A stretch of DNA of 64,000 nt from Terracidiphilus sp. (GCA_035524195.1 DATKPJ010000048.1:29919-93918); one strand, 5' to 3'. Counted from the stretch's first letter, positions 29,250 through 39,829 are shown. Program-made: numbers and translations. Notes: generated from the sequence alone by a model not told the origin.

Positions 29250-29813
29250 ATGCGCAAATTCCTTCTTCTCTTCGCCCTCTTGCCCTTCACTCTTGCCGCA
29301 TTCGCCGCCCCGCCCGACCCCGCGCCTGATTGGAGGGCCGAACTCGACCGCATCGTGCCGCTCATGGGTCACCGCAACTGGATCCTCGTCGTCGATTCGG
29401 CCTATCCGCTCCAGACAGGGCCAGGAATCGAAACCATTGAAACCAACGAGAATCAAATCGACGTCGTGCGCCACGTCCTCCGTGCAGTCGACCATTCGAT
29501 CCACGTTCGCCCCGTCATCTACATGGATTCCGAATTGCCCTTCGTTCCTGACGCAGACGCCCCAGGTGCCTCCGACTACCGCAATGGAATCATCCCGCTC
29601 CTGCGGCCCTACACCATCCAATCCATGCCGCACGACCGCATGATCGCCACCGTTGCTGCAACCGCGCAGCAGTTCCACATCCTCATTCTCAAGACCAACA
29701 TGACCATCCCCTATTCGTCCGTTTTCATCCGTCTCGACTGCAAATACTGGAGCGATGATGCCGAAAAGCGCCTGCGTTCCAGCATGGCCGCGAGCTCCCG
29801 ATCGCCGCATTAA
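29250..29813 (+). CDS. RbsD/FucU-like protein with signal peptide
   Basis: LMGHRNWILVVDSAYP resembles the RbsD/FucU GH-x-D-x4-DA-x-P motif; KTNMTIPYSSV; N-terminal signal peptide. Confidence 0.7.
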   Translation: MRKFLLLFALLPFTLAAFAAPPDPAPDWRAELDRIVPLMGHRNWILVVDSAYPLQTGPGIETIETNENQIDVVRHVLRAVDHSIHVRPVIYMDSELPFVPDADAPGASDYRNGIIPLLRPYTIQSMPHDRMIATVAATAQQFHILILKTNMTIPYSSVFIRLDCKYWSDDAEKRLRSSMAASSRSPH

Positions 29814-29872
29814 ACCTGCGGTTCTGAGCCCGGTCGCCGATGTGGCTCAGGCGAACTGAAATGGATTGATTT

Positions 29873-29881
29873 TGGTATACT
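29873..29881 (+). promoter_or_regulatory. Extended -10 promoter for tRNA-Leu/secG
   Basis: TGgTATACT ending 17 nt upstream of the tRNA. Confidence 0.55.
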
Positions 29882-29898
29882 CAAGGGGTTCACCTTCT

Positions 29899-29983
29899 GC
29901 GGAGGTGGCGAAATTGGCAGACGCACTAGCTTGAGGTGCTAGCGCCGCAAGGCATAGGGGTTCAAGTCCCCTCCTCCGCACCA
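29899..29983 (+). tRNA. tRNA-Leu(GAG)
   Basis: Acceptor GCGGAGG/CCTCCGC-ACCA, D-loop TTGGCAGAC, anticodon arm CTAGC-TTGAGGT-GCTAG, long variable arm, T-loop TTCAAGT. Confidence 0.97.
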
Positions 29984-30036
29984 AATTGATTTTGTGCCCG
30001 GTTCAACCGGGCAAACTTTGAAAGCAGCGGTTACTC

Positions 30037-30345
30037 ATGCAGATTCTCTTCTACTTCGTCATCACCGTGCACGTCATTGTGTGCTTGTTTCTCATCGGAG
30101 TTGTCCTCGTGCAGCAGGGCCGCTCTGCCGACCTCGCCGGCGCTTTCGGCGGCCAGGGATCACAAACCGCCTTCGGCCCCCGCGCAGCCGCCAACGTGTT
30201 GACGCGTCTTACCACCTGGTCGGCGATTATATTCATGTGCACTTCACTCACGCTCACCATCCTTTACATGCGCGGACAACACGGCCACTCAGTGCTTGAT
30301 AATACGACCGCGCCGGCCTCGGCCCCCGCCAAGCCCGGCAAATAA
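30037..30345 (+). CDS. secG: Preprotein translocase subunit SecG
   Basis: VLVQQGRSADLAGAFGGQGSQTAFG...NVLTRLT. Confidence 0.96.
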   Translation: MQILFYFVITVHVIVCLFLIGVVLVQQGRSADLAGAFGGQGSQTAFGPRAAANVLTRLTTWSAIIFMCTSLTLTILYMRGQHGHSVLDNTTAPASAPAKPGK

Positions 30346-30388
30346 GACTGCTCGCACGGTTGTGAAACGTGGTCAAAAGGCGGACCCA

Positions 30389-30419
30389 GAAAGGCAGACC
30401 CATGTTGGCCTGCCTTTTC
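30389..30419 (+). terminator. Rho-independent terminator after secG
   Basis: GAAAGGCAG...CTGCCTTTTC. Confidence 0.55.
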
Positions 30420-30461
30420 TATTCCTGTGAGGTTCGCCTGGCTGCGCACTAAAATGTCTTC

Positions 30462-31091
30462 ATGATCCTTGAGACGTTTCCTGTCGGCCCACTCCAGTGC
30501 AATTGCACCATCCTCGGCGACGAGGCCGCCGGCGAGGCTATCGTCATCGATCCCGGTGACGAGGTGGCCCGCATCCACGCCCGCCTGACTGAGCGCGGGT
30601 TGAAGCTCAAGCAGATCCTCATCACGCACGCGCACATCGACCACGTCGGCGGCGCTCTCCGCCTCAAACGCCTTACAGGGGCGCCCATTCTGCTCAATGA
30701 GAACGACCTTGCCCTTCTTGGAATGATGGACACCCAGGCAGCATGGCTCGGCGTAAGTACGCCCGAAACGGCGTTGCCCGATCATGCCCTGGTCGATGGC
30801 CAACGCGTCGGCCTCGACGCCTATCCTGCCCAGGTGGTGCACACTCCCGGCCATACCGAGGGTTCTGTCTGCCTCCACTTCGTGCCGCTCAAAATGCTTA
30901 TCGCGGGAGACACACTCTTCAATCGCAGCATCGGCCGCACCGATCTTCCCGGAGGCAACTTCGACCAGATCATCGAATCCATCCAGTCGCGCCTTTTCAC
31001 CCTTCCTGATGAAACACGCGTGATTCCCGGTCACGGGCCAACCACGACCATTGGAGAAGAGCGCCGTGAGAACCCTTTTGTGAACGCGTAA
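30462..31091 (+). CDS. MBL-fold metallo-hydrolase (glyoxalase II/YcbL-like)
   Basis: THAHIDHVGG, TPGHT, GDTLF, GRTDLPGG, PGHG, ENPF. Confidence 0.93.
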   Translation: MILETFPVGPLQCNCTILGDEAAGEAIVIDPGDEVARIHARLTERGLKLKQILITHAHIDHVGGALRLKRLTGAPILLNENDLALLGMMDTQAAWLGVSTPETALPDHALVDGQRVGLDAYPAQVVHTPGHTEGSVCLHFVPLKMLIAGDTLFNRSIGRTDLPGGNFDQIIESIQSRLFTLPDETRVIPGHGPTTTIGEERRENPFVNA

Positions 31092-31172
31092 CAAACCCGA
31101 AGTAATACGGAATCAAATCTATTATTATCTAATTTTTACAAGAAATAGATAAACTATCACCTTACCTCGAAA

Positions 31173-32348
31173 TCACACTTTGTTACCACCTTGATGCTTC
31201 CCTAAAGAAGCAACTAGCGTGGTTACTCCGGTGCCAAATTCCGGCTCGGGCGCGAGCATGCTCGTCACCAGCCAGCCAGATTCCGGCATGCCAAAGAAAT
31301 ACCCCGGATGCACCCAGATCCCCTGCTCCAGCAACTCCAGCACTGTCTGCGCGTCCGGCTGAATGGCCGGAATCCTCAGGGTCGCGTACCAGCCGCCCTC
31401 CACCTTCAGCCTCTCGATCGTCCCTTGGTCGGCAAGCTGCCGGTCCAGCTCCGCCAGGTTTCCCGCTATCCGGGCACGAATCTGTCTTTGAATCCCTTCC
31501 CGCCCCGCCAGCCACTTCCCCATCGCCCACTGCACGGGCGCGTTCATCGAGAGAAACGTATCGGCAATGATCTCCAACCGATCCAACGCCTGTTCATGCG
31601 CCGGACCGGTGGCCACAATCCACGCCGCCTTCATCTGCGGCAAACCTGCAATCTTGCTCAGGCCGCTCACAACAAAAACAGGAACTCCATCGATTCCCGA
31701 TGCAAAACTCGCCTGTGCTGCCCCAAAGCCATAGTCGAGGAAAACCTCGTCCACAATCAGGGAGAGCCCAAACTCCCGGCAGATCGCCGCCAATTCTTCG
31801 GCCTCCCACACCTTGGTGAAATGCCCAGTCGGGTTGTTTGGGTGCACCAGGGCAATCGCCTTTGATTTCGGCGTGATCGCCCGCCGAAACCCCTCCGGAT
31901 CGATCTGCCAGCCGTAGTCGTAGACAAGCGGAGTGGCCTTCAGGCGCACGTCGTCGAGCACGGCGAGAAAATCGAACAGTGGATAGCCCGGCTGCGGAAC
32001 GAGGATTTCGTCGCCTGCATCGCATAGAAGACGAAGCAGGAAGCTGTAGGCCTCGCTGGTGCTCGTTGTCAGCACAATCTGCTCGGCATCCAGATCCACG
32101 CCGTGCCCGGCATAATACGCGCACACCGCTTCGCGTGCGGCCTGCAATCCCCTCGGCTGCGGGTCATAATCGAGCGCTCGGGCATCCGTCAGGGCCGCCA
32201 GCAGTTCGCCGTCATAGGTAAATCCGCACCGCGTCGGATTCGATGCTGTCAGGTCTGCAATCGGCAGCCCCGCCTCCTTGCGCTGCCGGTACGCCTTTGC
32301 CAATTCGCTCTCTGCGGTATTCCAGTCCGTTCTCTTCGAAAATCGCAT
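31173..32348 (-). CDS. PLP-dependent aminotransferase class I/II
   Basis: PGYP, HPNNPTG, DEVF, SGLSKIAG (PLP lysine); start at MRFSKRT. Confidence 0.92.
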   Translation of the reverse strand: MRFSKRTDWNTAESELAKAYRQRKEAGLPIADLTASNPTRCGFTYDGELLAALTDARALDYDPQPRGLQAAREAVCAYYAGHGVDLDAEQIVLTTSTSEAYSFLLRLLCDAGDEILVPQPGYPLFDFLAVLDDVRLKATPLVYDYGWQIDPEGFRRAITPKSKAIALVHPNNPTGHFTKVWEAEELAAICREFGLSLIVDEVFLDYGFGAAQASFASGIDGVPVFVVSGLSKIAGLPQMKAAWIVATGPAHEQALDRLEIIADTFLSMNAPVQWAMGKWLAGREGIQRQIRARIAGNLAELDRQLADQGTIERLKVEGGWYATLRIPAIQPDAQTVLELLEQGIWVHPGYFFGMPESGWLVTSMLAPEPEFGTGVTTLVASLGKHQGGNKV

Positions 32349-32454
32349 CTGCCTGTCGTCGCATGCGCGCCCCATTTCCCCTTCACGCACGTGGATCATG
32401 CAGAATAGAAGCAGGCGCACCATCCACCATACACGGGCGTCCTGGGGGGGCATA

Positions 32455-33084
32455 TTGGCTCTGCGCGCGGTCATCTTCGACTATGGAATGGTCTTGACGG
32501 GTCAACCGGACCTCGATGCCCATGCCGCCATGGTCCGCATCACCGGCCTTCCCGTTGAACGTTTCGAATCCCTCTACTGGGCTGACCGCCACGCCTACGA
32601 CGAAGGCAAGCTCACCGGCATCCTGTTCTGGCAAAAACTGATTCGCGAAGCCAAACTCGACCTCGATCAAACCGCCGTCGAAGAGCTGAATCGCCAGGAC
32701 GCGCGTATGTGGACCACCACCAATCCCGCCATGCTTGACTGGCAGGCAAAATTGAAACGACACGGCCTGCGCACCGCCATCCTCTCCAACATGGGCGACT
32801 CTGTTCTCGAAAACATGAAGCAGAAATTCGACTGGCTCTCGGAATTTGACGTGCTGGTCTGGAGCTTTCAGCTTCACATGGCCAAACCCGACCCCGCCAT
32901 CTACCTTCATGCACTCAAGCAGCTCGGCACCAGCCCTGGAGAAACTCTCTTTATCGACGATAAGCAGGTCAACATCGAGGCCGCGCGCAAACTCGGTATG
33001 CCCTCGATTCAGTTCTCCACCATCGAGAGCCTGCGCCAGGACCTCATTTCGCAAAGCTTCGAACGGGAGCTACCGCTGCCCTGA
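32455..33084 (+). CDS. HAD family phosphatase (YihX-like)
   Basis: VIFDYGMVL, LSN, KPDPAIY, FIDDKQVNIEAA; probable TTG start. Confidence 0.9.
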   Translation: MALRAVIFDYGMVLTGQPDLDAHAAMVRITGLPVERFESLYWADRHAYDEGKLTGILFWQKLIREAKLDLDQTAVEELNRQDARMWTTTNPAMLDWQAKLKRHGLRTAILSNMGDSVLENMKQKFDWLSEFDVLVWSFQLHMAKPDPAIYLHALKQLGTSPGETLFIDDKQVNIEAARKLGMPSIQFSTIESLRQDLISQSFERELPLP

Positions 33085-33282
33085 GCTGCGCTGCGGACAC
33101 AATTACCTTATTTGCGCCTCCCTCCGTGTTCGTCAACGGATAGCCCCATGCAGTACACTTCTTTGCCGGCAGCGAATGTCGGCCAGCTCAAACGTTTATC
33201 TGGCTGGCGCATCGCGCCGGCTGGCTTGCTTAACGGTCTCATTTGATCGCAGCAATGCTCAGCTCTTAGTCAGGGGGAAAAG

Positions 33283-36006
33283 GTGACGTCTCTCAGCTCG
33301 ATCCAGAAAAAATGCGCATCGCGTGCGGGTCGGCGCTCGCTCGTCACGCTTGCGGCTCTTCTGTGCACCGCAACTCTCGTGCTGGCTCAGTCTGTTCCGG
33401 TGGTTACCGGCGACGAACGCGTCGATAAGCTGCTCAGCGAAATGACTCTCCAGGAAAAGCTCACTCTCATCCACGGTACGCATGAAGATCCTGCGGTCTA
33501 CCAGGGACAGGCTGGTTATCTGGCCGGTATTCCGCGCCTCGGCATTCCCGGCCTGCGCTTTGCCGACGGGCCTCCGGGTGTGCTCACGCGCCATCCATCC
33601 CAGGGCGAAACAGCCACCATGGGAGTAGCCGCAACGTTCAGCGTGCGCGACGCGGAACTGAACGGTGTCGTCATTGGCCGAGAAGATCGCGCCCTTGGAA
33701 TTGATGTTTCTCTGCAGCCCTTCGTCAACATCGACCGCGACCTCGAGTTTAGCCGCGGCTACAACACTTTCGGCGAAGATCCGTACCTCACCAGCCAGAT
33801 CGGCGCTGCCGAGATCAAGGGCATCCAGTCGCAGCATGTCATGGCCCAGGTCAAGCATTTCGTCGCCTACGACTCCAACAGCGGCAACATCTTCGTCGAT
33901 GATCAGACCCTCCACGAAGTTTACGTCGCGCCCTTCGATGCCGCCGTCAAGGCCGGTGTCTCCTCCATCATGTGCTCGTACAACCGTCTCAACGGCACCT
34001 ATGCCTGCGGCAATAAGGACACGCTTACTAAAATCCTGCGCGATGAAATCGGCTTCAAGGGCTTTGTCACTTCAGACTGGGGCGCCACCCACGCGGTCAA
34101 CTTCATCAACGCCGGCCTCGATATGGAAATGCCTGGCGAGCCCGATCCCAAGGCCCCATTCAATATCCCGTCTTTCTTCGACTCTAAGCCCACTCCGCCA
34201 CCCCAACCGCGGCATGCCTCCGACGCCAACGAAGGCATGTTTGGCGGACATATCCCCGAAGAGCCTGCGCGGACTCGCGAGGGTGGTGGTGGCGACTTCG
34301 GCGTCAAGCTCAACCCTGAAAAAATGCCCGAAGCCCTAAAAGATGGAACGGTCAGCGAAGCCGCAGTAACCCGCGCCGCCGGCCGCGTGCTCTATGAGAT
34401 CGCTCACTTCGGTTATCTCGACGGTGAATCAAAGCACGAAGTCACGGCGCAGGATATCGACGCCAACGCCCGCATCATCGAGAAGACGGGAGAAGACGCC
34501 GCCGTCCTTCTCAAGAATGACGACCACGTCCTCCCACTCAAATCCTCTGATCTCGACTCCGTCGTCCTCATCGGTCCCACCGCCGGCCAAATCGATTCCA
34601 TTGGCATCAACGGCGAGCGCTCCGTCGGATTGCCGTGGCGGCAGGTCGGCCCGCTGGCTGCCATGAAACAAGTCTCGGGCGTCTCCGACATCGGCTTCGC
34701 CGTGAACGACGACATGACCGGCACAACGATACCAGCCTCGGCCCTGAGCCACGACGGCCAACCGGGGCTGCTTCGAACTACTGGCGGCACGACTCAGACC
34801 GATCCCCAACTTAACTTCACACTCAAGAGTGGCAATCCTCTTCCGCCCAACTCCGTCGTGGATTGGAAAGGCACGCTCACAGTTCCGCACGCAGGCGATT
34901 ATTGGATCTACCTCCAGGCCCTTGGCACCAACGCCAGCATTTCGATTGACGGCAGGCCACTCGCCCGCACCGGCGCCTTCCAGGGCGGCGTCCATGGAGA
35001 CATTCTCCAAGCCAACCAGGACAACGCCATTCCCACCACAGACGGCCTCGACGATGTTCGTCGATCCGTCCAGCTTAGCGAGGGCGGGCACGACCTCGAA
35101 ATCAAGACCACCCCTGATTCCTCCAACGCTCCCGTGCAGGTACGCCTGAACTGGTATACGCCGGAGCAGCGTCAGGCAGACCACGAAGCTGCGATTACCG
35201 CCGCCAAAAATGCCAAGGTCGCCGTCGTTTTCCTTTGGACGCGCCTCGAACCGGTCTTCGGCCTTCCCGGCGACCAGAATCAGCTCGTCGACGAAATCGC
35301 AGCTGTCAATCCCAACACCATCGTCGTGCTCAACACCAGCCAGCCTGTTGCTCTGCCCTGGCTCGACAAGGTGAAAGCCGTACTCGAAATGTGGTGGCCC
35401 GGCGATGAAGGCGGTTGGTCAACGGCCAACATCCTTCTCGGCAAGACGAGTCCCGCCGGCCGGCTACCGGTCACCTGGGGCAAGAGCCTGGCCGACTATC
35501 CCGCCACAGATCCCAAACATCCCGAGCGCTCCTTCAAAGGCGTCGACGGCAAAACCACTTACAGCGAAGGCGTCAACGTCGGATACCGCTGGTTCGACAA
35601 GGAGAACATCGCTCCCTTGTTTGCCTTTGGCCACGGCCTGAGTTACACGACCTTTGAATACTCTGACCTCAAGGTTGAGCGGGCGTCTGATGGCGGGCTG
35701 TACGTTCAGGTCAGTATCAGAAACACCGGCAGCGTCCCCGGCGATGAGGTTCCGCAGGTGTATCTCGGCGCTCCCGGCGAGATTCCCGCCGGAGTGCAGT
35801 TCCCTGTCCGCGCCCTCGTCGCTTTTGATCGCATCAAGATCGATCCCGGCGCGACCCGCACCATCACCATGCATGTCCCCCTGCGCCAGTTGCAATATTG
35901 GTCCACGGCTCAAACCAGATGGGTTACTGACACAGGCAAGCGCATCGTAAGCGTGGGAGCATCCTCACGCGACCTGCGCCTCAGCCAGATCATTGATTGG
36001 GAGTGA
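33283..36006 (+). CDS. GH3 beta-glucosidase with PA14 insert and FN3-like domain
   Basis: DGPPG, TFGEDPYL, KHF, MCSYN, GFVTSDWGA nucleophile motif, VLLKN, FGHGLSYTTF; signal peptide. Confidence 0.93.
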   Translation: MTSLSSIQKKCASRAGRRSLVTLAALLCTATLVLAQSVPVVTGDERVDKLLSEMTLQEKLTLIHGTHEDPAVYQGQAGYLAGIPRLGIPGLRFADGPPGVLTRHPSQGETATMGVAATFSVRDAELNGVVIGREDRALGIDVSLQPFVNIDRDLEFSRGYNTFGEDPYLTSQIGAAEIKGIQSQHVMAQVKHFVAYDSNSGNIFVDDQTLHEVYVAPFDAAVKAGVSSIMCSYNRLNGTYACGNKDTLTKILRDEIGFKGFVTSDWGATHAVNFINAGLDMEMPGEPDPKAPFNIPSFFDSKPTPPPQPRHASDANEGMFGGHIPEEPARTREGGGGDFGVKLNPEKMPEALKDGTVSEAAVTRAAGRVLYEIAHFGYLDGESKHEVTAQDIDANARIIEKTGEDAAVLLKNDDHVLPLKSSDLDSVVLIGPTAGQIDSIGINGERSVGLPWRQVGPLAAMKQVSGVSDIGFAVNDDMTGTTIPASALSHDGQPGLLRTTGGTTQTDPQLNFTLKSGNPLPPNSVVDWKGTLTVPHAGDYWIYLQALGTNASISIDGRPLARTGAFQGGVHGDILQANQDNAIPTTDGLDDVRRSVQLSEGGHDLEIKTTPDSSNAPVQVRLNWYTPEQRQADHEAAITAAKNAKVAVVFLWTRLEPVFGLPGDQNQLVDEIAAVNPNTIVVLNTSQPVALPWLDKVKAVLEMWWPGDEGGWSTANILLGKTSPAGRLPVTWGKSLADYPATDPKHPERSFKGVDGKTTYSEGVNVGYRWFDKENIAPLFAFGHGLSYTTFEYSDLKVERASDGGLYVQVSIRNTGSVPGDEVPQVYLGAPGEIPAGVQFPVRALVAFDRIKIDPGATRTITMHVPLRQLQYWSTAQTRWVTDTGKRIVSVGASSRDLRLSQIIDWE

Positions 36007-36020
36007 TCGCGTCGAACCGG

Positions 36021-36046
36021 AATGCCGGAGTTTCGACTCCGGCATT
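36021..36046 (+). terminator. Hairpin after the GH3 gene
   Basis: AATGCCGGAGT-TTCG-ACTCCGGCATT, perfect 11-bp stem. Confidence 0.7.
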
Positions 36047-36210
36047 TCCATCCACTCCACCCCATTCACAGGCAATTCCTGTCGGAACCTTCAGTACCTG
36101 TTCTTCAGGGCTGCCATTGAGCGCTTCATTTCCCTTTCACGTCTATACGGTATACGATTCTCTCGGATGGGCCGGTGCGCTGGCCTGCCTAACTGAGGCT
36201 CAGGATTCCC

Positions 36211-36741
36211 ATGAATTGCACGTACTCCCTCGCTCGCTCCCGGCATCGCGTTGCCACTCGGCAAAACGGCTTCACCTTGATGGAACTGCTCATTGTTATC
36301 TCCATCATTCTCATTCTCATGCTGGTGGCCATTCCCACCGCGGGCAAGATCCGCAAACACGCCGACGAGCTCTCCGCGCAAAAATCGCTGCAGACCATTC
36401 AGGAAGCGGAATCCATGTACGAATCCACTTATCCCGCTAACGGCTATGCGTGCAGCCTCCAGGCTCTCGGCGGCGATCCGAATGCCGGTCCGCCCAGCCC
36501 CACCGCTGCCGGCGTTATCAATGGTGAACTCGCCACCGGCATCAAGTCGGGATACGTCTTCAATATCACAAACTGCACCAAGGTAAACGTCAACAACACA
36601 GACCGAATTACCAGCTATACGGCCACCGCCGTTCCGGCCACTCCAGGCAAAACCGGCGACCGCGGATTCTGCCTCGAGTCCGGCGGCGCCATGAAGGCCG
36701 ACCCGTCGGGCGGCACCAACTGCACCCAAATCGTGCAGTGA
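36211..36741 (+). CDS. Type IV pilin / pseudopilin (prepilin N-terminal methylation motif)
   Basis: NG|FTLMELLIVISII with Glu5; C-terminal cysteines; KSGYVF...AVP...TGDRGFC. Confidence 0.92.
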   Translation: MNCTYSLARSRHRVATRQNGFTLMELLIVISIILILMLVAIPTAGKIRKHADELSAQKSLQTIQEAESMYESTYPANGYACSLQALGGDPNAGPPSPTAAGVINGELATGIKSGYVFNITNCTKVNVNNTDRITSYTATAVPATPGKTGDRGFCLESGGAMKADPSGGTNCTQIVQ

Positions 36742-36794
36742 ACCGTCGATCAATCGACAACTTACCAGCAGGTGCGGCTTCATAGGCCTTTTTC

Positions 36795-37463
36795 TTGAGG
36801 AGTCCTTTGACCCGAAGTGCAAGTACCACCCTGTTCTTTTTCGCAATTGGCATCCTCGCCTCCAGCCTCGTTGCTCAGAAACCCTCCATCTCCGAACTCG
36901 CGCAGCGCGTCGACGCGCACTACAACCAGCTTCACTCGCTCCGCGCCGGCTTCACTGAGAGCTACACCGGTCTCGGCGTCAACCGCACGGAGAGTGGTAC
37001 CCTTCTTCTCCTCAAGCCCGGCCGCATGAAGTGGGAGTACAACTCGCCGCCCGGCAAAATCTTCCTCCTCGACGGCAAATATGGATGGTTCTATTCTCCC
37101 GGCGATCCGCAGGTTGAGCGCATGCCTGCCGCCAAACTCAACGACCTGCGCTCCCCGCTGCGTTTTCTTCTCGGCCACACGCAAATCGAGAAGGAGCTGA
37201 CGAACATTCAGCTCTCCGCAGTTCCCGGCGGCCGGTTCACTCTCAGCGGCTTGCCCAAAGGGCAGGGACAGCGCATCCGGCGCATCAAACTCACCGTCAC
37301 GCTCGACGGAGCCATCACCGCACTCGAAGTGGAGGAAACCGACGGCGCCATCACGCGCTTCACGTTCAGCAACGAGCAACCAAACGCCTCGATCGCCCCC
37401 TCGACGTTTCGCTTCACACCACCGCCCGGCGTCCCGATCATCGATTCCCCGCCGCCCGTCTAG
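36795..37463 (+). CDS. lolA: Outer-membrane lipoprotein carrier protein LolA
   Basis: Signal peptide; ESGTLLLLKPGRMKWEY, LDGK, SPLRFLLG, FRFTPPPGV. Confidence 0.88.
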   Translation: MRSPLTRSASTTLFFFAIGILASSLVAQKPSISELAQRVDAHYNQLHSLRAGFTESYTGLGVNRTESGTLLLLKPGRMKWEYNSPPGKIFLLDGKYGWFYSPGDPQVERMPAAKLNDLRSPLRFLLGHTQIEKELTNIQLSAVPGGRFTLSGLPKGQGQRIRRIKLTVTLDGAITALEVEETDGAITRFTFSNEQPNASIAPSTFRFTPPPGVPIIDSPPPV

Positions 37464-37556
37464 TGCTCAATGCGCGGATCGCATTCTTGAGATGTCACTG
37501 CTTCACTCGCCATGCGAGCGAACTGCTCCTCGCTCCATCTGCTAAAGTGCTTGGCT

Positions 37557-38366
37557 ATGGAAAACAGCGTCGCCCGGTCTGCTCTGAAATACGCTGGACA
37601 TGTCCTCCTGCTCTGCGCGGTAACCTGGCCGACGATACTCTGCGCACAGTCTCAGAGTCAGCCGCCATCGGGAATCGTCGTTCCCGATTGGGCGCTGCCT
37701 GGTTCGTCGACTCACACGCAAGTCCCGCCTCCAGCCAACTTCCATCGGCCTGCAACGACGTTTGACGCTCCCATCGGCGTCTTCCAGGGCCAGTCCGATG
37801 TCGGCAGCGCGCTCGTTCCGGGCAGCGCAGCCTATGACGCGCAGACCGGCGCTTACACGATCCGCTCCGCGGGTTACAACATCTGGTACACGCGCGACGA
37901 GTTCCGCTATCTCTGGAAGAGGATGTCCGGGGATGTTTCCCTTGCCGCCGACGTCACCTTCGCCAATCCGAACGGCTACGGCGACCGCAAAGCTGTGCTC
38001 GTGATACGCCAGAGTCTCGACGACGACGCTAAAGAAGCCATGATCGGCGAACACGGCACCGGCATGATCCATCTTGCCCAGCGCCCTGAAAAAGGCGCAG
38101 ACATCACCGACATGCAATATCGCTTCGGCGGCACACTCGAAGGTGTACACGCCCGACGCATCGGCATCGAAAAACACGGCGACGCCATCGCCATCTTCAT
38201 CAGCCTCGAAGGCGAACCAATGCACCAGTTCGGGCCACCGATACACCTTCACTTCGACGAGCCCTTCTATGTCGGCATCGGCTTCTGTTCCCATCAGCCG
38301 GTCACCACGGACGCAGCCGTTTTATCCAACGTGCTTCTCCAGAACAGATCTGGCGAGGTCCACTAG
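37557..38366 (+). CDS. Exported hypothetical protein, ConA-like beta-sandwich (start uncertain)
   Basis: Signal-like N-terminus; GYNIWYTRDEFRYLWKRMSGD, FYVGIGFCSH beta-rich pattern. Confidence 0.6.
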   Translation: MENSVARSALKYAGHVLLLCAVTWPTILCAQSQSQPPSGIVVPDWALPGSSTHTQVPPPANFHRPATTFDAPIGVFQGQSDVGSALVPGSAAYDAQTGAYTIRSAGYNIWYTRDEFRYLWKRMSGDVSLAADVTFANPNGYGDRKAVLVIRQSLDDDAKEAMIGEHGTGMIHLAQRPEKGADITDMQYRFGGTLEGVHARRIGIEKHGDAIAIFISLEGEPMHQFGPPIHLHFDEPFYVGIGFCSHQPVTTDAAVLSNVLLQNRSGEVH

Positions 38367-38390
38367 CACGTTCTCATCACGGAGACCCGC

Positions 38391-39809
38391 ATGACGCAAC
38401 CAGGTTCAAGTTTTCCCACTCATTTATCCCGGCGCCGCTTCGTCCAGTCCGCTGCCGCTGCTGCTTTCGCTTCCAGTCCTTTCGCCCGCGCCGCCCGCTT
38501 CGCCGCGTCTGACCGCATCACTATCGGCGTCATCGGGTGGGGCATGATGGGCCCGGCAAACACCAAGGCCTTTCTCGAACAGCCCGACTGCCAGGTCGTC
38601 GCCGCCTGCGACATCCACACCGGACATCTCAAAGAAGCTGTCGACACTGTCAACAGCAAGTACGGGAACAAGGACTGCAAGGCCTATCACGACTACCGCG
38701 AACTCATGGCACGCGACGACATCGACGCCGTCATGATCGCCATTCCCGATCATTGGCACGCCATCGCCGCCACCCACGCCGCTGCGCGCAAAAAAGATAT
38801 CTACGGCGAAAAGCCGCTCGCTCGCACCATCGCCGAGCAGCAGGCCATCGTGCGCGCAGTGCAGCAGAACAACGTTATCTGGCAGACAGGTTCATGGCAG
38901 CGCTCCGTCGCGCCGTTTCATAAAGCCGCCGAAATCGTCCGCAATGGCCTCATCGGCAACGTCACGCACGTTGAAGTCGGCCTCCCTGGCGGCCATCACG
39001 ACTTCCCCGGCACCGTTCCCGCGCTGCTCAAGCGACTCTCCGCACTTCCAGACAAGATCACCAGTCCTGCGCAAATTGTTCCCGGCACGCGCGCATGGGA
39101 TCTCGCTGTCACTAAGCCTCCGCGCGAACTCGATTACGAAACATGGATTGGCCCCTCAAAAATGGAACCCTACATCGAGGCCCGCGTCTACCAGAACTGG
39201 CGCTGGAACTACAACACCGGCGGCGGCCAGCTCATGGATTGGATCGGCCACCACGGCGACATCGCGCATTGGGGCCTCGGCTTCGATTCCACCGGCCCCT
39301 CTGAAATCCAGGGCTTCGGCGAGTTCCCGCCCAACAAAGCTGTCTGGAACTCCGCGACCAAGTACACCATCGAATGCATCTACCGCAAGGAAGTCACCGG
39401 CTACGCAAACGACGTCCACATGACCATTGCCGGAGGCAGCCCGGCCATAGCCATGGGAGCCAAATGGATCGGCACGGATGGATGGGTATGGGTCGATCGC
39501 AGCGGCTTCGATTCCTCCAATCCCGATTGGGCAAAGGGTGACAACCTTCCGGACAACCTGCGCAAAATCAGGCTCTACGAATCCACCGAGCACCGCCGCA
39601 ACTTCCTCGACTGCGTCAAGTCGCGCAAGCCCACCATCGCCCCAGTCGAGACGGCGCACCACTCCACAATCCCCGGCCACCTCGGTCTCATCTCCATGCT
39701 CACCGGCCGCAAGATCGAATGGGATGTGGAGAAGGAAACGATCGTAAATGACGCGCAAGCGAGCGAACTGCTCACGCGCCCGTATCGCGATCCCTACAAG
39801 CTGGGATAA
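38391..39809 (+). CDS. Tat-exported Gfo/Idh/MocA family oxidoreductase
   Basis: SRRRFV twin-arginine signal, IGVIGWGMMG, PDHWH, EKP, DWIGHHGD. Confidence 0.92.
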   Translation: MTQPGSSFPTHLSRRRFVQSAAAAAFASSPFARAARFAASDRITIGVIGWGMMGPANTKAFLEQPDCQVVAACDIHTGHLKEAVDTVNSKYGNKDCKAYHDYRELMARDDIDAVMIAIPDHWHAIAATHAAARKKDIYGEKPLARTIAEQQAIVRAVQQNNVIWQTGSWQRSVAPFHKAAEIVRNGLIGNVTHVEVGLPGGHHDFPGTVPALLKRLSALPDKITSPAQIVPGTRAWDLAVTKPPRELDYETWIGPSKMEPYIEARVYQNWRWNYNTGGGQLMDWIGHHGDIAHWGLGFDSTGPSEIQGFGEFPPNKAVWNSATKYTIECIYRKEVTGYANDVHMTIAGGSPAIAMGAKWIGTDGWVWVDRSGFDSSNPDWAKGDNLPDNLRKIRLYESTEHRRNFLDCVKSRKPTIAPVETAHHSTIPGHLGLISMLTGRKIEWDVEKETIVNDAQASELLTRPYRDPYKLG

Positions 39810-39829
39810 TCGTGACAACTTCGGTGGAT

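Noticed and set aside
29899-31170. tRNA-Leu as an integration site for a genomic island
   Set aside because: It is followed directly by secG and housekeeping genes; no integrase or duplicated tRNA 3' end seen.
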